Positions 1-11,038 of a stretch of DNA of 64,000 nucleotides are shown in pieces. The number at the start of each line of letters is the position of its first letter. Position 1 is the first letter of the stretch. The stretch is from an uncultured Phycisphaerales bacterium. Lineage in GTDB: Bacteria > Planctomycetota > Phycisphaerae > Sedimentisphaerales > Anaerobacaceae. The stretch is taken from contig CAVYYI010000001.1 in the NCBI GenBank assembly GCA_963772725.1, positions 1,216,001 through 1,280,000 on the forward strand, read 5' to 3'. Under the pieces are notes generated by a model. It made no database searches. It was not told where the DNA came from and saw only the letters and a program-made list of their open reading frames with translations. A program made the translations under genes and the position numbers.

Positions 1-2
1 TT

Positions 3-863
3 TTTATTGTTACAACGATTTCATATTTTGGTGTAATATATTTATCAAACCCGGCTTCAATTCATGCGCCTATAGTGATATCACGATATGTTGTTTTGCT
101 TTTTCCGCTAAGCTTTGTTGCGGCGGCACTGGGAATGGACACCATACTGGAAGATATCAAAACAATAAAGTTAGTCGGTAAAATTCGTTATAGCACTTTT
201 GTACTGAATATTGCCGGAGCCGGGTTTCTGGTAATGCTTTTCACCGCAGGGCCGCTGATTAGAATTTATTCGCCACCTAATAATTTTACAAATCACTCGG
301 CGTTTCAAGAATCTTATGAACCGCTGAATTGGCAGCAGTCATACACCGCCGATATCGAAGACCAATATTTTACCGTACAAGAAAAGGATATGCCGAGCTT
401 TTATCAGCAGCTCGCAAAAGAGCCGACAACAACTATTATTGAATATCCGATGTCTTATGTTAATCAGTTTAATCTGTACTACTATTACCAGCACTTTCAT
501 AAGAAAGAGATACTTATAGGATATTTTGCGAGAGTAGATTTATCCCGCAGAAATTATATAATATGGGTTGATGAGTCGCTAAGTATCGTAAACAATGTGA
601 GCCGATTCAGATTCAGAAATATGGTCAATGTGGAGAATATTGAGGCGATAAAACGCAGCGAAGCGAAATACATCATATTACATAAAAATCTGCTGCCTGG
701 CGAATGGATGCCGCATAACTTCGCCTATCCCCATCAAGACTATAGTGGTATAGTTAGTCTCTTGGCGGGCAATTACGTTAAGGTTTTCGGAGAGCCCGTT
801 TTTCAGGATAAAAATATCATTGTGTTTAAAATTATCCCAGCCAAACAGACGCAGGCAAATTAA
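3..863 (+). CDS. Membrane protein, C-terminal part (5'-truncated at window edge; possibly GT-C-like)
   Basis: Frame of ORF 75..863 stays open back to position 3; hydrophobic segments followed by a soluble domain; function not assignable. Confidence 0.6.
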   Translation, partial: FIVTTISYFGVIYLSNPASIHAPIVISRYVVLLFPLSFVAAALGMDTILEDIKTIKLVGKIRYSTFVLNIAGAGFLVMLFTAGPLIRIYSPPNNFTNHSAFQESYEPLNWQQSYTADIEDQYFTVQEKDMPSFYQQLAKEPTTTIIEYPMSYVNQFNLYYYYQHFHKKEILIGYFARVDLSRRNYIIWVDESLSIVNNVSRFRFRNMVNVENIEAIKRSEAKYIILHKNLLPGEWMPHNFAYPHQDYSGIVSLLAGNYVKVFGEPVFQDKNIIVFKIIPAKQTQAN

Positions 864-868
864 TAGCG

Positions 869-1633
869 TCAGAGATTTACTGGTATGCCGCGATTTGCGA
901 GGTATTCTTTTATTTGAGTGATGGTGTAATTTCCGAAATGGGTGATGGATGCCATAAGGACGGCGTCGACGCCGCCGATTATTATGGCGTCGTAAAGGTG
1001 TTCGAGTGTGCCTGCCCCGCCGGAAGCGATTACAGGAATATCGACCGCATCCGTACCGCTTTATTTAGTTCGTTGTCGTAGCCTGCTAGGGTTCCGTCGG
1101 CGTCCATCGATGTAAGCAGGATTTCGCCTGCGCCGAGTTTTTCCGCTTTAATCGCCCATTCGACAACGTCAATATCGGTAGGTTCGGTTCCTGCTTTGAC
1201 GCAGACCTGCCATTGGCCTGTTTTGTTTTTTTGAGCTGCGGGCGTCTATGGCGAGCACGACGCACTGATTGCCAAAACTCTGGGCGGATTCGGTGAGCAG
1301 ATTGGGATTTTCGACAGCGGCGGTATTGACAGATACTTTTTCAGCCCCGCTTCGCAACAGCGTATCAATCTGGTCAACGGTCTATATGCCCCCCCCTACC
1401 GTAAAGGGAATGAAAACATTTTCGGCAACTTTCCGGACAAGCTCCACGATAGTTTTGCGCGAGCGGATGGTGGCGGTGATGTCGAGAAATACAAGTTCAT
1501 CGGCACCGGTGTCGCTGTACCTGTAGCCGAGTTCGACTGGATCGCCGGCGTCGCGGAGATTAAGAAAATTAATACCTTTAACAACCCGGTTGTCTTTTAC
1601 ATCGAGGCACGGAATTATTCTTTTAGTCAGCAT
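869..1633 (-). CDS. hisF: Imidazole glycerol phosphate synthase cyclase subunit (several frameshifts, probably sequencing indels)
   Basis: Fragments [44 protein letters not shown], and C-terminus [33 protein letters not shown] ending at 869. Confidence 0.93.
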
Positions 1634-2245
1634 CAGGCATTCTTATCTTTACATATTTGCGCAAAATTATTGAGAACGGTAAAACCTGTCTGGCCGCTTT
1701 TTTCTGGGTGAAACTGTGTGCCGTAAATATTGCCCTTCTGGATGGAGGCAGGTAAATCAAAACCATAATCGGTATAGGCAATTTTCGCCTGCGGGTCGGC
1801 TACGTCCGCATAAAACGAATGGGCAAAATAAAAATGCTTTTGTTTTCCCAGGCCGTTGAAAATCGCCATATCGTCGCGGAGTTTTACCTAGATTCCAGCC
1901 CATGTGGGGTATGGTTCTGCCTGAGGGAATGGGGGCAACGTTACCAACGATAAGGCCGAGACCTTTGTGCGGGCCGTATTCGCTGCTGCTGTCAAAGAGC
2001 ATCTGAAAGCCTACACAGATTCCCAATAAGGGTTTACCGTTATTAGCGGCTTTTTTTACGGATTCGGCGAGCGAGCCGAGGGCGTTGACGGCATAACCGA
2101 AAGCAGCGACACCGGGCAAAACCAGGCCCACTGATTTTTCGATATCAACAGGGTTATTGCTAAGCTTAACCTCACAGCCTATACGCTGAAAGGCGTTACA
2201 TACGCTCTTAACATTTCCAACGTTATAATCAATAACAACTATCAT
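1633..2245 (-). CDS. hisH: Imidazole glycerol phosphate synthase glutamine amidotransferase subunit (one frameshift near 1880)
   Basis: [29 protein letters not shown] in 1757..2245; YFAHSF and QFHPEKS in 1633..1869. Confidence 0.94.
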
Positions 2246-2415
2246 AATTGCGATTAAGATACCGAATCGCTAAATAGCCAAATAAAAACGACCGATAAAC
2301 AATATTACAAAATTACTTTGCCGGATTGGCATTAATCTTTTACAATAGTATGGTATTATAATGTTAATTTGTTCCAACTGCAACCGAATAGAACAGTAAT
2401 TCAGAGGTAATTTAA

Positions 2416-4285
2416 ATGTGCGGAATAGTAGCTTATCTTGGAAAAAAGGTCGCGCAACCGATACTGGTGGAAGGATTAAAACGGCTTGAGTACAGGGGAT
2501 ACGACTCGGCTGGCGTGGCGCTTATGGGTAAAGGCGAAATCAAGGTTAAAAAGACCAGCGGCAGAATAAGCGAACTGGAAAAGATACTCGATGCGCCGGA
2601 CGGCAGCGAAACTATCGGCATAGCTCATACGCGATGGGCAACGCACGGTGCGCCAAATACGATTAACGCACATCCGCACATGGATTACACAAATAAAATC
2701 GCGGTCGTGCATAACGGCATTATCGAAAACTATGACACGCTAAGAATATGGCTGAAAAATGAAGGCGTGCGTTTTGTCAGCGATACCGATACGGAAGTAA
2801 TATCAAACCTGATTGGCTATTTTTACGCCAGGAGCGATGATAAAGAACAAAACAGGCAAACCAACGGGCAGAATAAATTTGAATGGGCGGTTCAGCGTGC
2901 GCTGCACGAGGTTCACGGGACGTACGGGCTGGCTATTATATGTTCGGATTTCCCAGAACTGCTGATAGGGGCAAAAAAGGGAAGTCCGCTTATTTTAGGC
3001 GTCGGGGATAAGGAATATATATTAGCTTCCGACGCGGCGGCGATTGTGCAAGCATACCGGAAACGCGATTTATCTTTCGGACAATGAAATGGTGAGCATC
3101 GGTACCGACGGCTTCCATACAAAGACGATTGATAACGTGGCGGTTACGAAAGACCTCAAACAGATTGAGTTTTCGCTGGACCAGATAGAAATGGACGGTT
3201 TCCCGCATCACATGCTCAAGGAGATTTTCGAGCAGCCGAAATCGCTGGCTATGTGCATGGGCGGAAGAATAGACGCTCATAATGGGAGAATCAAACTTGG
3301 CGGCATAGCCGCTCAGCTTCGCGATATGACACGAACCAAACATCTTATCCTGACGGCATGCGGTACGGCGTTTCACGCAGGCCTGGTAGGCGAATTTCTG
3401 TTCGAGAAACTGGCACGTGTTCCGACAGATGTTGAGTACGCGAGCGAATTTCGGTATCGTGACCCAATTATTGAAGATGATACAGTAGTAATAGCGATAA
3501 GCCAGTCGGGCGAAACAGCGGATACACTGGCGGCGGTGGAGCAGGCGAAAGAACGCGGCGCAACAGTACTGGGTATTGTCAATGTCGTAGGCTCAACAAT
3601 AGCAAGAACCACAGACGCGGGAATATATCTGCACGTCGGACCTGAAATAGGCGTAGCCAGCACAAAAGCCTTTACAGCACAGGTTGCGGCACTAACGATG
3701 ATGGCAATCGAATTAGGCAGGAGGAAGCACATCAGCAGCGACGACGTAACCAAATACCTCAAAGAGCTTTCGGCGATACCGGAAAAAATATCGCAAATAC
3801 TCAAGCAATCCGAACATATTAAGCAGATAGCGGCTGCGAATATAAATAAAAATAACTGGCTGTTTCTGGGCAGAGGTTTCAATTACCCTGTGGCACTGGA
3901 AGGTGCGCTGAAACTAAAAGAAATAAGCTATATCCACGCGGAAGGACTACCGGCAGCGGAGATGAAGCACGGGCCGATAGCGTTAATTGCGGATAAAATG
4001 CCGGCGGTATTCATCGCAACAGCGGGTCCTCAATACGATAAAATTATCGGAAATATCTGTGAGGTCAAGGCTCGGGGCGGCAAAATTATCGTTGTCGCTA
4101 CTGAAGGCGATGAGAACATAAAGCAATATGCGGACCATTTAGTCACCATTCCGGATGCGCCGGAACTTTTCCAGCCTATGCTTACGGTTATACCTGTGCA
4201 GCTTCTGGCATATCACGCCGCCGTGCTTCGCGGGCTTGATGTCGATAAGCCCAGAAACCTGGCCAAGAGTGTTACCGTTGAATAG
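2416..4285 (+). CDS. glmS: Glutamine--fructose-6-phosphate aminotransferase (one frameshift near 3050)
   Basis: MCGIV, LEYRGYDSAG, AHTRWATHG; SIS domains with SQSGETADT; C-terminus DKPRNLAKSVTVE. Confidence 0.97.
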
Positions 4286-4329
4286 GGAGCTTATCGGTTT
4301 GCGAACCAATCATACTATTTTCATTATAG

Positions 4330-5055
4330 GGGGCAGACTCATCTGCGCTTAAGGCGGGAAAACTCAAGGCAGGTTTTACACTGATAGAACTTCTTGTTGT
4401 GATAGCGATAATCGCCCTTCTGCTTTCTATACTGATACCGTGCTTAGGAAAGGCAAAGAATATGGCGGCGAGGCTAAAATGCGCGAGTAATCTCAAGCAG
4501 ATCAGCCTGGCGATAAATATGTACACCGGCGATAACGACGATAAGTTTCCCTGCGCGAATGACCCTATTTCGGCGTTGCCATTTTACTGGCTGTGGATGG
4601 GGTGCGGATGGCGGTCGTTTATGGAGCCCTATTTTATGTCTAAACTCAACGATAAAAATCCGTCAGTTCTATTTTGTCCGCTTGACCGAACAAGCAGGGA
4701 AAAATACGAATCCACAAGTTACAGTTATTCGATGGCGTTTTATCACAGCCCTGAGCAGATTGACCAGATGAACGCCTCAAGCGACACTTACAGCAATCCG
4801 CGACAGTCGATTCCGCAAAAAGTTTCTGATGTGGCCAAACCAAGCGGGAAAATTATCATCGGAGAATGGTTGAGCACTCATATCCCGGCAACGGGCGATA
4901 ACGGGTGGTGGAATTGGCTAGGCAGCAGGAATTATCTATTTGTTGACGGACAGGTAAGCTATCTGAAAGCTACACAAATAAATAAGGCCCGTGACGGTTT
5001 TCCCAATCCCAACCTGACATTCAGGGGCATAAAGGGTATCGATTATCAGCCCTGA
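4330..5055 (+). CDS. Prepilin-type N-terminal cleavage/methylation protein, DUF1559/H-X9-DG-like (true start obscured)
   Basis: In-frame [25 protein letters not shown] upstream of the called start, CASNLKQI, C-terminal NYLFVDGQV; no in-frame ATG after stop at 4327, so an indel is likely. Confidence 0.85.
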   Translation, partial: GADSSALKAGKLKAGFTLIELLVVIAIIALLLSILIPCLGKAKNMAARLKCASNLKQISLAINMYTGDNDDKFPCANDPISALPFYWLWMGCGWRSFMEPYFMSKLNDKNPSVLFCPLDRTSREKYESTSYSYSMAFYHSPEQIDQMNASSDTYSNPRQSIPQKVSDVAKPSGKIIIGEWLSTHIPATGDNGWWNWLGSRNYLFVDGQVSYLKATQINKARDGFPNPNLTFRGIKGIDYQP

Positions 5056-5114
5056 TTTGGCCACCAAAATACGGGTGGCGAGCTAAACCGGTACATTATT
5101 GTTCACAGCGTATT

Positions 5115-8100
5115 CTATTCATTAGCATCTACGCTTATCTTTAACTGCTCAATGAGGTCATCCATTTTTTCTTTTGCCTGGGTTGTTTCTTCGGTCATGG
5201 TATTCGGGTCGCCTATCACAGATGGGGTAATAAACACAATCAACTCGTTGTTGCTCTTGACAGTTTCATTGTGACGGAAAACCCCGCCAAGCAGCGGAAT
5301 GTCACCTAACAGAGGAATTTTACGTTCGATAAGGCTGTCCTCCTGGAAAAGTATTCCGCCGAGCATAATAGTCTGAGAGTTTTCGACAATCGCGGTAGTT
5401 GTTGTGTTCATGTACGTTTGTACCGGCTGCGTGTTTACAAGGTCAGTGGTTAACTTCGATATTGTCAGGTCGATGTTCATATCCACAGAGTTTTGCGGCG
5501 TAATATTAGGGCGAGCGCGAAGCGTCATACCCACTCTCCGGTATTCAAAACTCTGGTTTATTGAGGTGCCTTCCGATGAAGACTGTCTATTCTGTATAAA
5601 GGCAACAGTTTGGCCCTTAAAGAAATTCGCCTCCTGGTTGTCTTTTGTCCATAGAGTCTGCTGATTAAGAATCTTGGCGTTTGTTTTTTTAACAAGGAAG
5701 TCAATCAGGGCGAAAACATTGGTACTGGCGTTGAGCGTAAACTGGCCCTGCGTATCGGCTTCTCGAAGTTTGGTAAGAGCGGTAACAGCATTTTCCTCTA
5801 ATTGGCCGAACGAGGTTGGGTCCGAAGCGAGCTGCAGTCCAAGAGAAGTAAGGTTACTATGGTCCACCTGGACAATAACGGCTTTAATTCTCACCTGTTT
5901 ACCGGGCTGGTCGAGTTCGTGAATCATTTCTTCAATGTTAGTCATATATTCAGGAGGAGACAAAACGAGAATAGCCTTGCTGCGCGGATCGGGAATAAAG
6001 CGTATTCTTCCAATGATATTGCTGATAGGCATTTCATCGGTTCTTCGCTGGGCGTTGTTCCATGGAGGTGTGTATTCACCCGAGGAAGTACCGGCAGTTG
6101 TATTTTTATTGGGATTCCCGGAATTGGAAGACGAGGTACTATTGTCAACATTTTCTTCCATACCGGTCTGTGAGAGTCCGCGAGCGCCTCGCTGGATGGA
6201 GGCGCGAGTACCAGGCTCATTAAACATAGCGTTTAGACGTTCGCTGAGTTCCTCGGGGTCGGCATAATTAAGAACTACGACTTTCGGAACTTCGCCCATT
6301 TCCTGATTATCAAGGTCTTCAACGAGTTTTACAATTACATCATAAGCCTCTGGAATCTTGCTTATAACGATTATTTTCTTGGTTCCGGGGACGGCTTCAA
6401 ATGTCAGTTGGCCAAAGAGAGGGCCTACGATTTTTTTCTTATCCTGCCTGCCGCTGCCGCCAAAGAAATCCATGTAATCTTCAAAAAATGAACGGCTACT
6501 TGATTTGTCGCTGAAAAGCGTCGTCAGGAGTTCAGCCATCTTGACAGGGTCGGAATTGCGCAGTTCGACTATTCTCGGTTTGACTTGTTCGATATCAATA
6601 GGAACGTCCCATTCTTTAATTTGGCCCTCGATTTTCAGCATATTTTCAGCAGAAGCGATTACTGTTAACTGTCCCATTGTGGGGAAAGATATAACCTTGA
6701 CGGTATTGGCAGAGCTTGTATCCCTCGACCTACGATACCAGTATGGCAGATTGGCGTTTTCATCGGCGTACAGGTCATCTATATTCTTTTTAACCTGGTC
6801 TGGATCAGCATGTTTCAAAATAAAAACTTTTGTTTCGAACTGGCCGCTCGGGACATCTATTTCCTGAATAAGTTTTTTGACCATATCGCGCAATTCCGCC
6901 CTGCCGAAAATCATAATCTGTCTTGCCTGGGCGAGCGGCTGCACAAGGATACTGGTTTTCAGTTCCGTACCGGGCATTTTCTGCATGGCATCGTTAAGAC
7001 GGCCGGCTACCTCGGTAGCATCAACGTATGTAACAGAAATTGTTTCATATTCGGAGGTTATCTGTTCTTTCTGGTCGAGTTTTTCAATCCATTCTCTTAT
7101 TTGTTTAATGTCCTCTGATGAGGCTTTGGCGATAATCCATTTGCGCTTCATTTCAGGGATAAGCACGATAGGCGATTGTGCAGAACCAACCACAATTGAA
7201 GATGCCCCTGCGGCTTCTTTTCCGCCCGGGCCGCCGCCGCTTCGAGGCTGATTATCACTACGGGAACGTGATGACCTGCCGCTGCTGGAACCTTCGCCTA
7301 AAAGGATTCTCAGCATCTGGACAGTTTCGGAGGGGTCGGCGTTATGAAGGATAAAGACTTCGGTAACGGTCGGCTCGGCTTCGGGGACATCCATCTGTAC
7401 GATAATTTTCTCAAAGCGCATCAAATTCTCAACGGTGTCAATAATCGTCAAAGTACGAGTGGTTTCATCGGCGTTTATATATCCATAATCCCCGATCATA
7501 GGCAGAATTACGCTGCTCATCTGCGCGGAGCTGTAATTTTTGAGCCTGAAGAATTTCTGCACGACCTGGCTTTTGTTTTCGATGCCGGCCAGAGGAGTAT
7601 CTGCGGGGACGACAGGCACCGACCCGAGAATCGCTTTTTTTATGGGCTTTATATAAATCGTGTCATCGGTTTGTTCAGCGATAAAGCCCTTTGTACGCAA
7701 CGCGCTGTAAATAAGGGAAAGCGCCTTTTTTCTTGGCAGCTTTTCAGAAGAGTATATCGTCAGTTTCTGCTTCATAGCCTCATCATCGGGGATAATCACC
7801 TTACCTGTCCATGCCGCGAGTTTCTGAATAATATCCTTCATCTCAACATCTTTAAGATTTAACGCTTCCATCGCTTTATTAGGGTCAACCGGCTGAGCGG
7901 ATTTAACGGCATTTGCGTCAGCAGGTTTGTTTGCGTCAGCGGGCTTATTGGCGTCGGCAGGCTTATTAACATCGGCAATCCTCTGAGGTCTGTTTGGTTC
8001 GCCCAATCCACTTTTGCTTTCACGGCGCCGCGCTTCATTTGTGTCTCCTGCCTTGACGGTCTCAGCGGATTTTTCAACTTTTGCCGGCATTTTGGATTTG

Positions 8101-8201
8101 TCAAGCCCCGGCAAAGGGGTATAAATGGCAACCCGCCAGACAATAAATACCAATACCGCAAAAGCTGCGGTTATAAGAATTACTGGTTTCAACCGTTTCA
8201 C
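5115..8201 (-). CDS. gspD: Type II secretion secretin GspD with extended N-domain repeats
   Basis: Repeated N-domains (LKNYSS/LHNADP/LKHADP/LRNSDP/LNYADP); C-terminal secretin motif KIPLLGDIPLLGGVFR..ELIVFITP; last gene of gsp cluster. Confidence 0.93.
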   Translation of the reverse strand: MKRLKPVILITAAFAVLVFIVWRVAIYTPLPGLDKSKMPAKVEKSAETVKAGDTNEARRRESKSGLGEPNRPQRIADVNKPADANKPADANKPADANAVKSAQPVDPNKAMEALNLKDVEMKDIIQKLAAWTGKVIIPDDEAMKQKLTIYSSEKLPRKKALSLIYSALRTKGFIAEQTDDTIYIKPIKKAILGSVPVVPADTPLAGIENKSQVVQKFFRLKNYSSAQMSSVILPMIGDYGYINADETTRTLTIIDTVENLMRFEKIIVQMDVPEAEPTVTEVFILHNADPSETVQMLRILLGEGSSSGRSSRSRSDNQPRSGGGPGGKEAAGASSIVVGSAQSPIVLIPEMKRKWIIAKASSEDIKQIREWIEKLDQKEQITSEYETISVTYVDATEVAGRLNDAMQKMPGTELKTSILVQPLAQARQIMIFGRAELRDMVKKLIQEIDVPSGQFETKVFILKHADPDQVKKNIDDLYADENANLPYWYRRSRDTSSANTVKVISFPTMGQLTVIASAENMLKIEGQIKEWDVPIDIEQVKPRIVELRNSDPVKMAELLTTLFSDKSSSRSFFEDYMDFFGGSGRQDKKKIVGPLFGQLTFEAVPGTKKIIVISKIPEAYDVIVKLVEDLDNQEMGEVPKVVVLNYADPEELSERLNAMFNEPGTRASIQRGARGLSQTGMEENVDNSTSSSNSGNPNKNTTAGTSSGEYTPPWNNAQRRTDEMPISNIIGRIRFIPDPRSKAILVLSPPEYMTNIEEMIHELDQPGKQVRIKAVIVQVDHSNLTSLGLQLASDPTSFGQLEENAVTALTKLREADTQGQFTLNASTNVFALIDFLVKKTNAKILNQQTLWTKDNQEANFFKGQTVAFIQNRQSSSEGTSINQSFEYRRVGMTLRARPNITPQNSVDMNIDLTISKLTTDLVNTQPVQTYMNTTTTAIVENSQTIMLGGILFQEDSLIERKIPLLGDIPLLGGVFRHNETVKSNNELIVFITPSVIGDPNTMTEETTQAKEKMDDLIEQLKISVDANE
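7905..7976 (-). repeat. Four 18-bp coding tandem units (ADVNKP ADANKP ADANKP ADANAV) in the GspD linker
   Basis: Read directly from DNA and translation. Confidence 0.9.
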
Positions 8202-8267
8202 TTTATTATCCTCCTGATTTTTCCGCTATTTATATGGTAATTTTGCATAGTTTTTTTACTATTTCGA

Positions 8268-9017
8268 TCAATTCATTTGCTGCTCCATAGCATCAACAGC
8301 CTTTTGCTTATCTTCGTCAGACATCTTGTTCCATTGCTGCCTGCCCTGCTCTTTTTGTTCATCCGACATTTGATTCCACATCGTCAGAAATTTTTCTCTT
8401 GCTTTGGGCGATAATTTGACACCCATCCACGCCAGGGGGTCATCAGCGGCGGGAGCTGGCACGGCGGCTTCAGGGGGCTTTTCCATTCTCGGAGGCATGC
8501 TTCTGGAACGGGGTCTTTCTTCACCTGGCGACTGTGTCTTGGCATTTGGTTCGGACGAAGCACCGCCGCTGGAGGTAATAGGCATAAATGCCTTTTCCTT
8601 ACCGTCCCAGAGAACCCTGACCTGTGTCGGCTCAATCGCCACAATTTGAGCGTCCTGAATCTTATCACCGACTTTGTACATTTTGCCTTCAATCAAGACC
8701 TCGTCGCCTAATATTCCGTTAACCTGCTTTACGGGATTTTGTTTAGGTACGGCCGGAATGAAAAGATTTTTCTTTTTAAGCTCGTCGGCAAACTTCTTAG
8801 GACCGGCAAAATATTTTTCCATCTGCTTGGGGTCAAGCCTGCTTTTCGCAACGGCTTTTTTAACCAATTGACCTGCCATTACCGATTTTACTGTAAAAAC
8901 GGCAATCTTGATTACAATCAGAAACGCCATAAAAATTGATAACCAGAGCATCGCTTTGGAAAATAATTCTTCCTTAGTTTTAATTTGAGATTTAAGATTT
9001 GAAATTTGATATTTCAT
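8268..9017 (-). CDS. T2SS GspC-like protein
   Basis: N-terminal TM, GILGDEVLIEGKMYKVGDKIQDAQIVAIEP HR-like segment, position immediately upstream of gspD. Confidence 0.65.
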   Translation of the reverse strand: MKYQISNLKSQIKTKEELFSKAMLWLSIFMAFLIVIKIAVFTVKSVMAGQLVKKAVAKSRLDPKQMEKYFAGPKKFADELKKKNLFIPAVPKQNPVKQVNGILGDEVLIEGKMYKVGDKIQDAQIVAIEPTQVRVLWDGKEKAFMPITSSGGASSEPNAKTQSPGEERPRSRSMPPRMEKPPEAAVPAPAADDPLAWMGVKLSPKAREKFLTMWNQMSDEQKEQGRQQWNKMSDEDKQKAVDAMEQQMN

Positions 9018-9029
9018 ATTATTCCCGGC

Positions 9030-9569
9030 CTATTTAACTAATGTTGAGACGGTCAAATTAAGGTCGAATTCCTGCCTTTTCTTCGGGTCGCATTTTATCC
9101 TGAACTCTTCTATCCCAACCAGATAGGGATTTTCCTTTAGCGCGGCAAGCAAATCAAGAACCTGTTCGAATCTGGCTTTGCCTGTACATTTAAGGGATAC
9201 TAATTTGTAACCGGCCAGTCGTTTTGTATTCGAAGAAGGAAGAATCTGGATTGGGTTGGACTGGATTCCGGCTTTTTTTAACTGTTCGCTGATTTTGTCT
9301 CTGAATAAACTTTTCTGCTTTTCCTCGTTTTGCGGTAATTCGAAGACCGGAACCGCAAAGAGCAGATTATCCTGTCCCGCGTCAGCCGAGGCGACAGCTT
9401 TTAAGTCCTGCTTTACCTGCGCAAGTGATTTCCTTGTCTCTTTCCAGCGGTCAATCCAGCCCAGCAGAACTGAGGCAGCGAGAATAACAACCGCGAGGAT
9501 AAGCCCAAGCTTCAACGCACGTTTATCTTTTTCACCTAATTTTTCCAGCATAATTATCCCGTTCATCAA
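9030..9569 (-). CDS. GspM/PilO-like inner membrane protein
   Basis: N-terminal TM after KDKR, ferredoxin-like C-terminal pattern, position in cluster. Confidence 0.7.
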   Translation of the reverse strand: MMNGIIMLEKLGEKDKRALKLGLILAVVILAASVLLGWIDRWKETRKSLAQVKQDLKAVASADAGQDNLLFAVPVFELPQNEEKQKSLFRDKISEQLKKAGIQSNPIQILPSSNTKRLAGYKLVSLKCTGKARFEQVLDLLAALKENPYLVGIEEFRIKCDPKKRQEFDLNLTVSTLVK

Positions 9570-11038
9570 ATCAGCGGCTGATTTTTTTTCTTCGTAAAGC
9601 CCTTATAATGAAAAGCTATCGTAAAATTAATTTTACCTTCTTTCGGGTCTTTTTTTGCGCTTTGTATGTTGACTTCCGCCAGGCTTTTCTGGGCCTGGAG
9701 ATTTTTGTGAAATTTATACAACTGTTCGTCGCTTTGTGCCTGACCGCTTATCATCACCGGGCGACCGGGTCTGAATTCAAAATTATCCAGGAGAATTCCT
9801 TCACTGCCCTGCGGGATTATTTCGCCGAGAAGTTCGAGCATTTCGAGCCTCTGCGGGATAACGGCTTTGATGATTCTCTGCTTCTCAATCAGCATAGCTG
9901 GAGTCGTTCCGGAGATGGGAGTATTAAGAAGTTTTTCCATTGAATTCAGTGCAGCGACATCGAGCGTATAAAAAACCGCCATTAAGGCGACCGCCGTTAA
10001 CGCGGCGGCGGCGGCGGTAACCTTGAGCGATTGTATCCAGGTTTTCTTTTTTTCTGTTCCGGCAGGCTGATAGATGGAGTTGAAAATATTAAATTCCGCA
10101 GCGTCGTCATCGAGTATCATGGCAGCCATCGCAATTGGAACACGATATTCATATATATTTCCAGCGTTAAGAGTCAGCGGCGTTGTCAGCTTATTGGTTT
10201 GAGGAGAAAGAACGACCGCATTGACACCCGCGGAACAAAGAGCATCAGCAACATTTTGAATCGTATCGCCGCCGTCTGAGAGCATATAGACAGGTATCTC
10301 GTTGGGTTGTTCAAAACCAAACATTGTCAGAGCATTTTTCATATCGAGCGCGAATCTGCCGGCGATATCGGCGCGGGTATCTAAAAAATCGTTCATACCG
10401 ACATCAAGAATAGCTCGATTTGCAAGTTTACCGCCGCGAACGAGGCAGGCCTGTGTATTTCGTGGTCCGATACTGACAACTATTCCATTGCCCGGAGTTT
10501 GGTCAGGGATAAAAAACTTTTTCCACGCCTGCACAACCGCCTGGCAATCGAGGACTATTTTTTCGGGATTAAACCAGCGGACATTTTCGACAAATTTTCG
10601 CAGGGAGTCTTTTCTGGCGGCGGCGACAGTAACAGCGATAGAGCCATTTAACGGTTTATCCGCCCGCCATGCAATTTCAATCTGGTCGGCAGACAACGGC
10701 ATTTTCGCCTCAGCCTGCATTTTTACGATTGTCGCAAGCTCGCCATCGCTTACGGTGGGGATATCGAGGCGATAGAAGACCACGCCTGAACAATTGAAGC
10801 CCGCGACAACGGAGACATTATGCTCGCCGCCAGCCTGTTCGATAAGCTCTGCGGCAAAGGAAGGCCAGCTCACTTGCGAGGCATCAGCACTTCGCGTAAG
10901 AACAACCTCTATAGAGCCGTTTTGTTTTCGCAGCACGGCAGCCCTGAGATTAGCGTCATCCTGCGATATCGCGACAACCGTTCGAGAATCTGAATTATAA
11001 TCGCTGATTTTGTTCAATTGTTCGCTCCCTGGCACCAA
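9566..11038 (-). CDS. GspL/PilM-PilN-like protein
   Basis: Actin-like cytoplasmic domain, a single TM, PilN-like VMISGQAQS periplasmic domain. Confidence 0.75.
   Translation of the reverse strand: MVPGSEQLNKISDYNSDSRTVVAISQDDANLRAAVLRKQNGSIEVVLTRSADASQVSWPSFAAELIEQAGGEHNVSVVAGFNCSGVVFYRLDIPTVSDGELATIVKMQAEAKMPLSADQIEIAWRADKPLNGSIAVTVAAARKDSLRKFVENVRWFNPEKIVLDCQAVVQAWKKFFIPDQTPGNGIVVSIGPRNTQACLVRGGKLANRAILDVGMNDFLDTRADIAGRFALDMKNALTMFGFEQPNEIPVYMLSDGGDTIQNVADALCSAGVNAVVLSPQTNKLTTPLTLNAGNIYEYRVPIAMAAMILDDDAAEFNIFNSIYQPAGTEKKKTWIQSLKVTAAAAALTAVALMAVFYTLDVAALNSMEKLLNTPISGTTPAMLIEKQRIIKAVIPQRLEMLELLGEIIPQGSEGILLDNFEFRPGRPVMISGQAQSDEQLYKFHKNLQAQKSLAEVNIQSAKKDPKEGKINFTIAFHYKGFTKKKNQPLI

Noticed and set aside
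869..2245. O-antigen-type HisF/HisH paralogues (WbuY/WbuZ-like)
   Set aside because: The sequences look like canonical HisF/HisH, and no N-acetyl-sugar amidotransferase is adjacent in the window.
5060..5088. GCCACC..GGTGGC hairpin and the 22196 hairpin as one REP family (both followed by GCTAAA)
   Set aside because: Only two short, dissimilar copies; either could be a terminator or chance.
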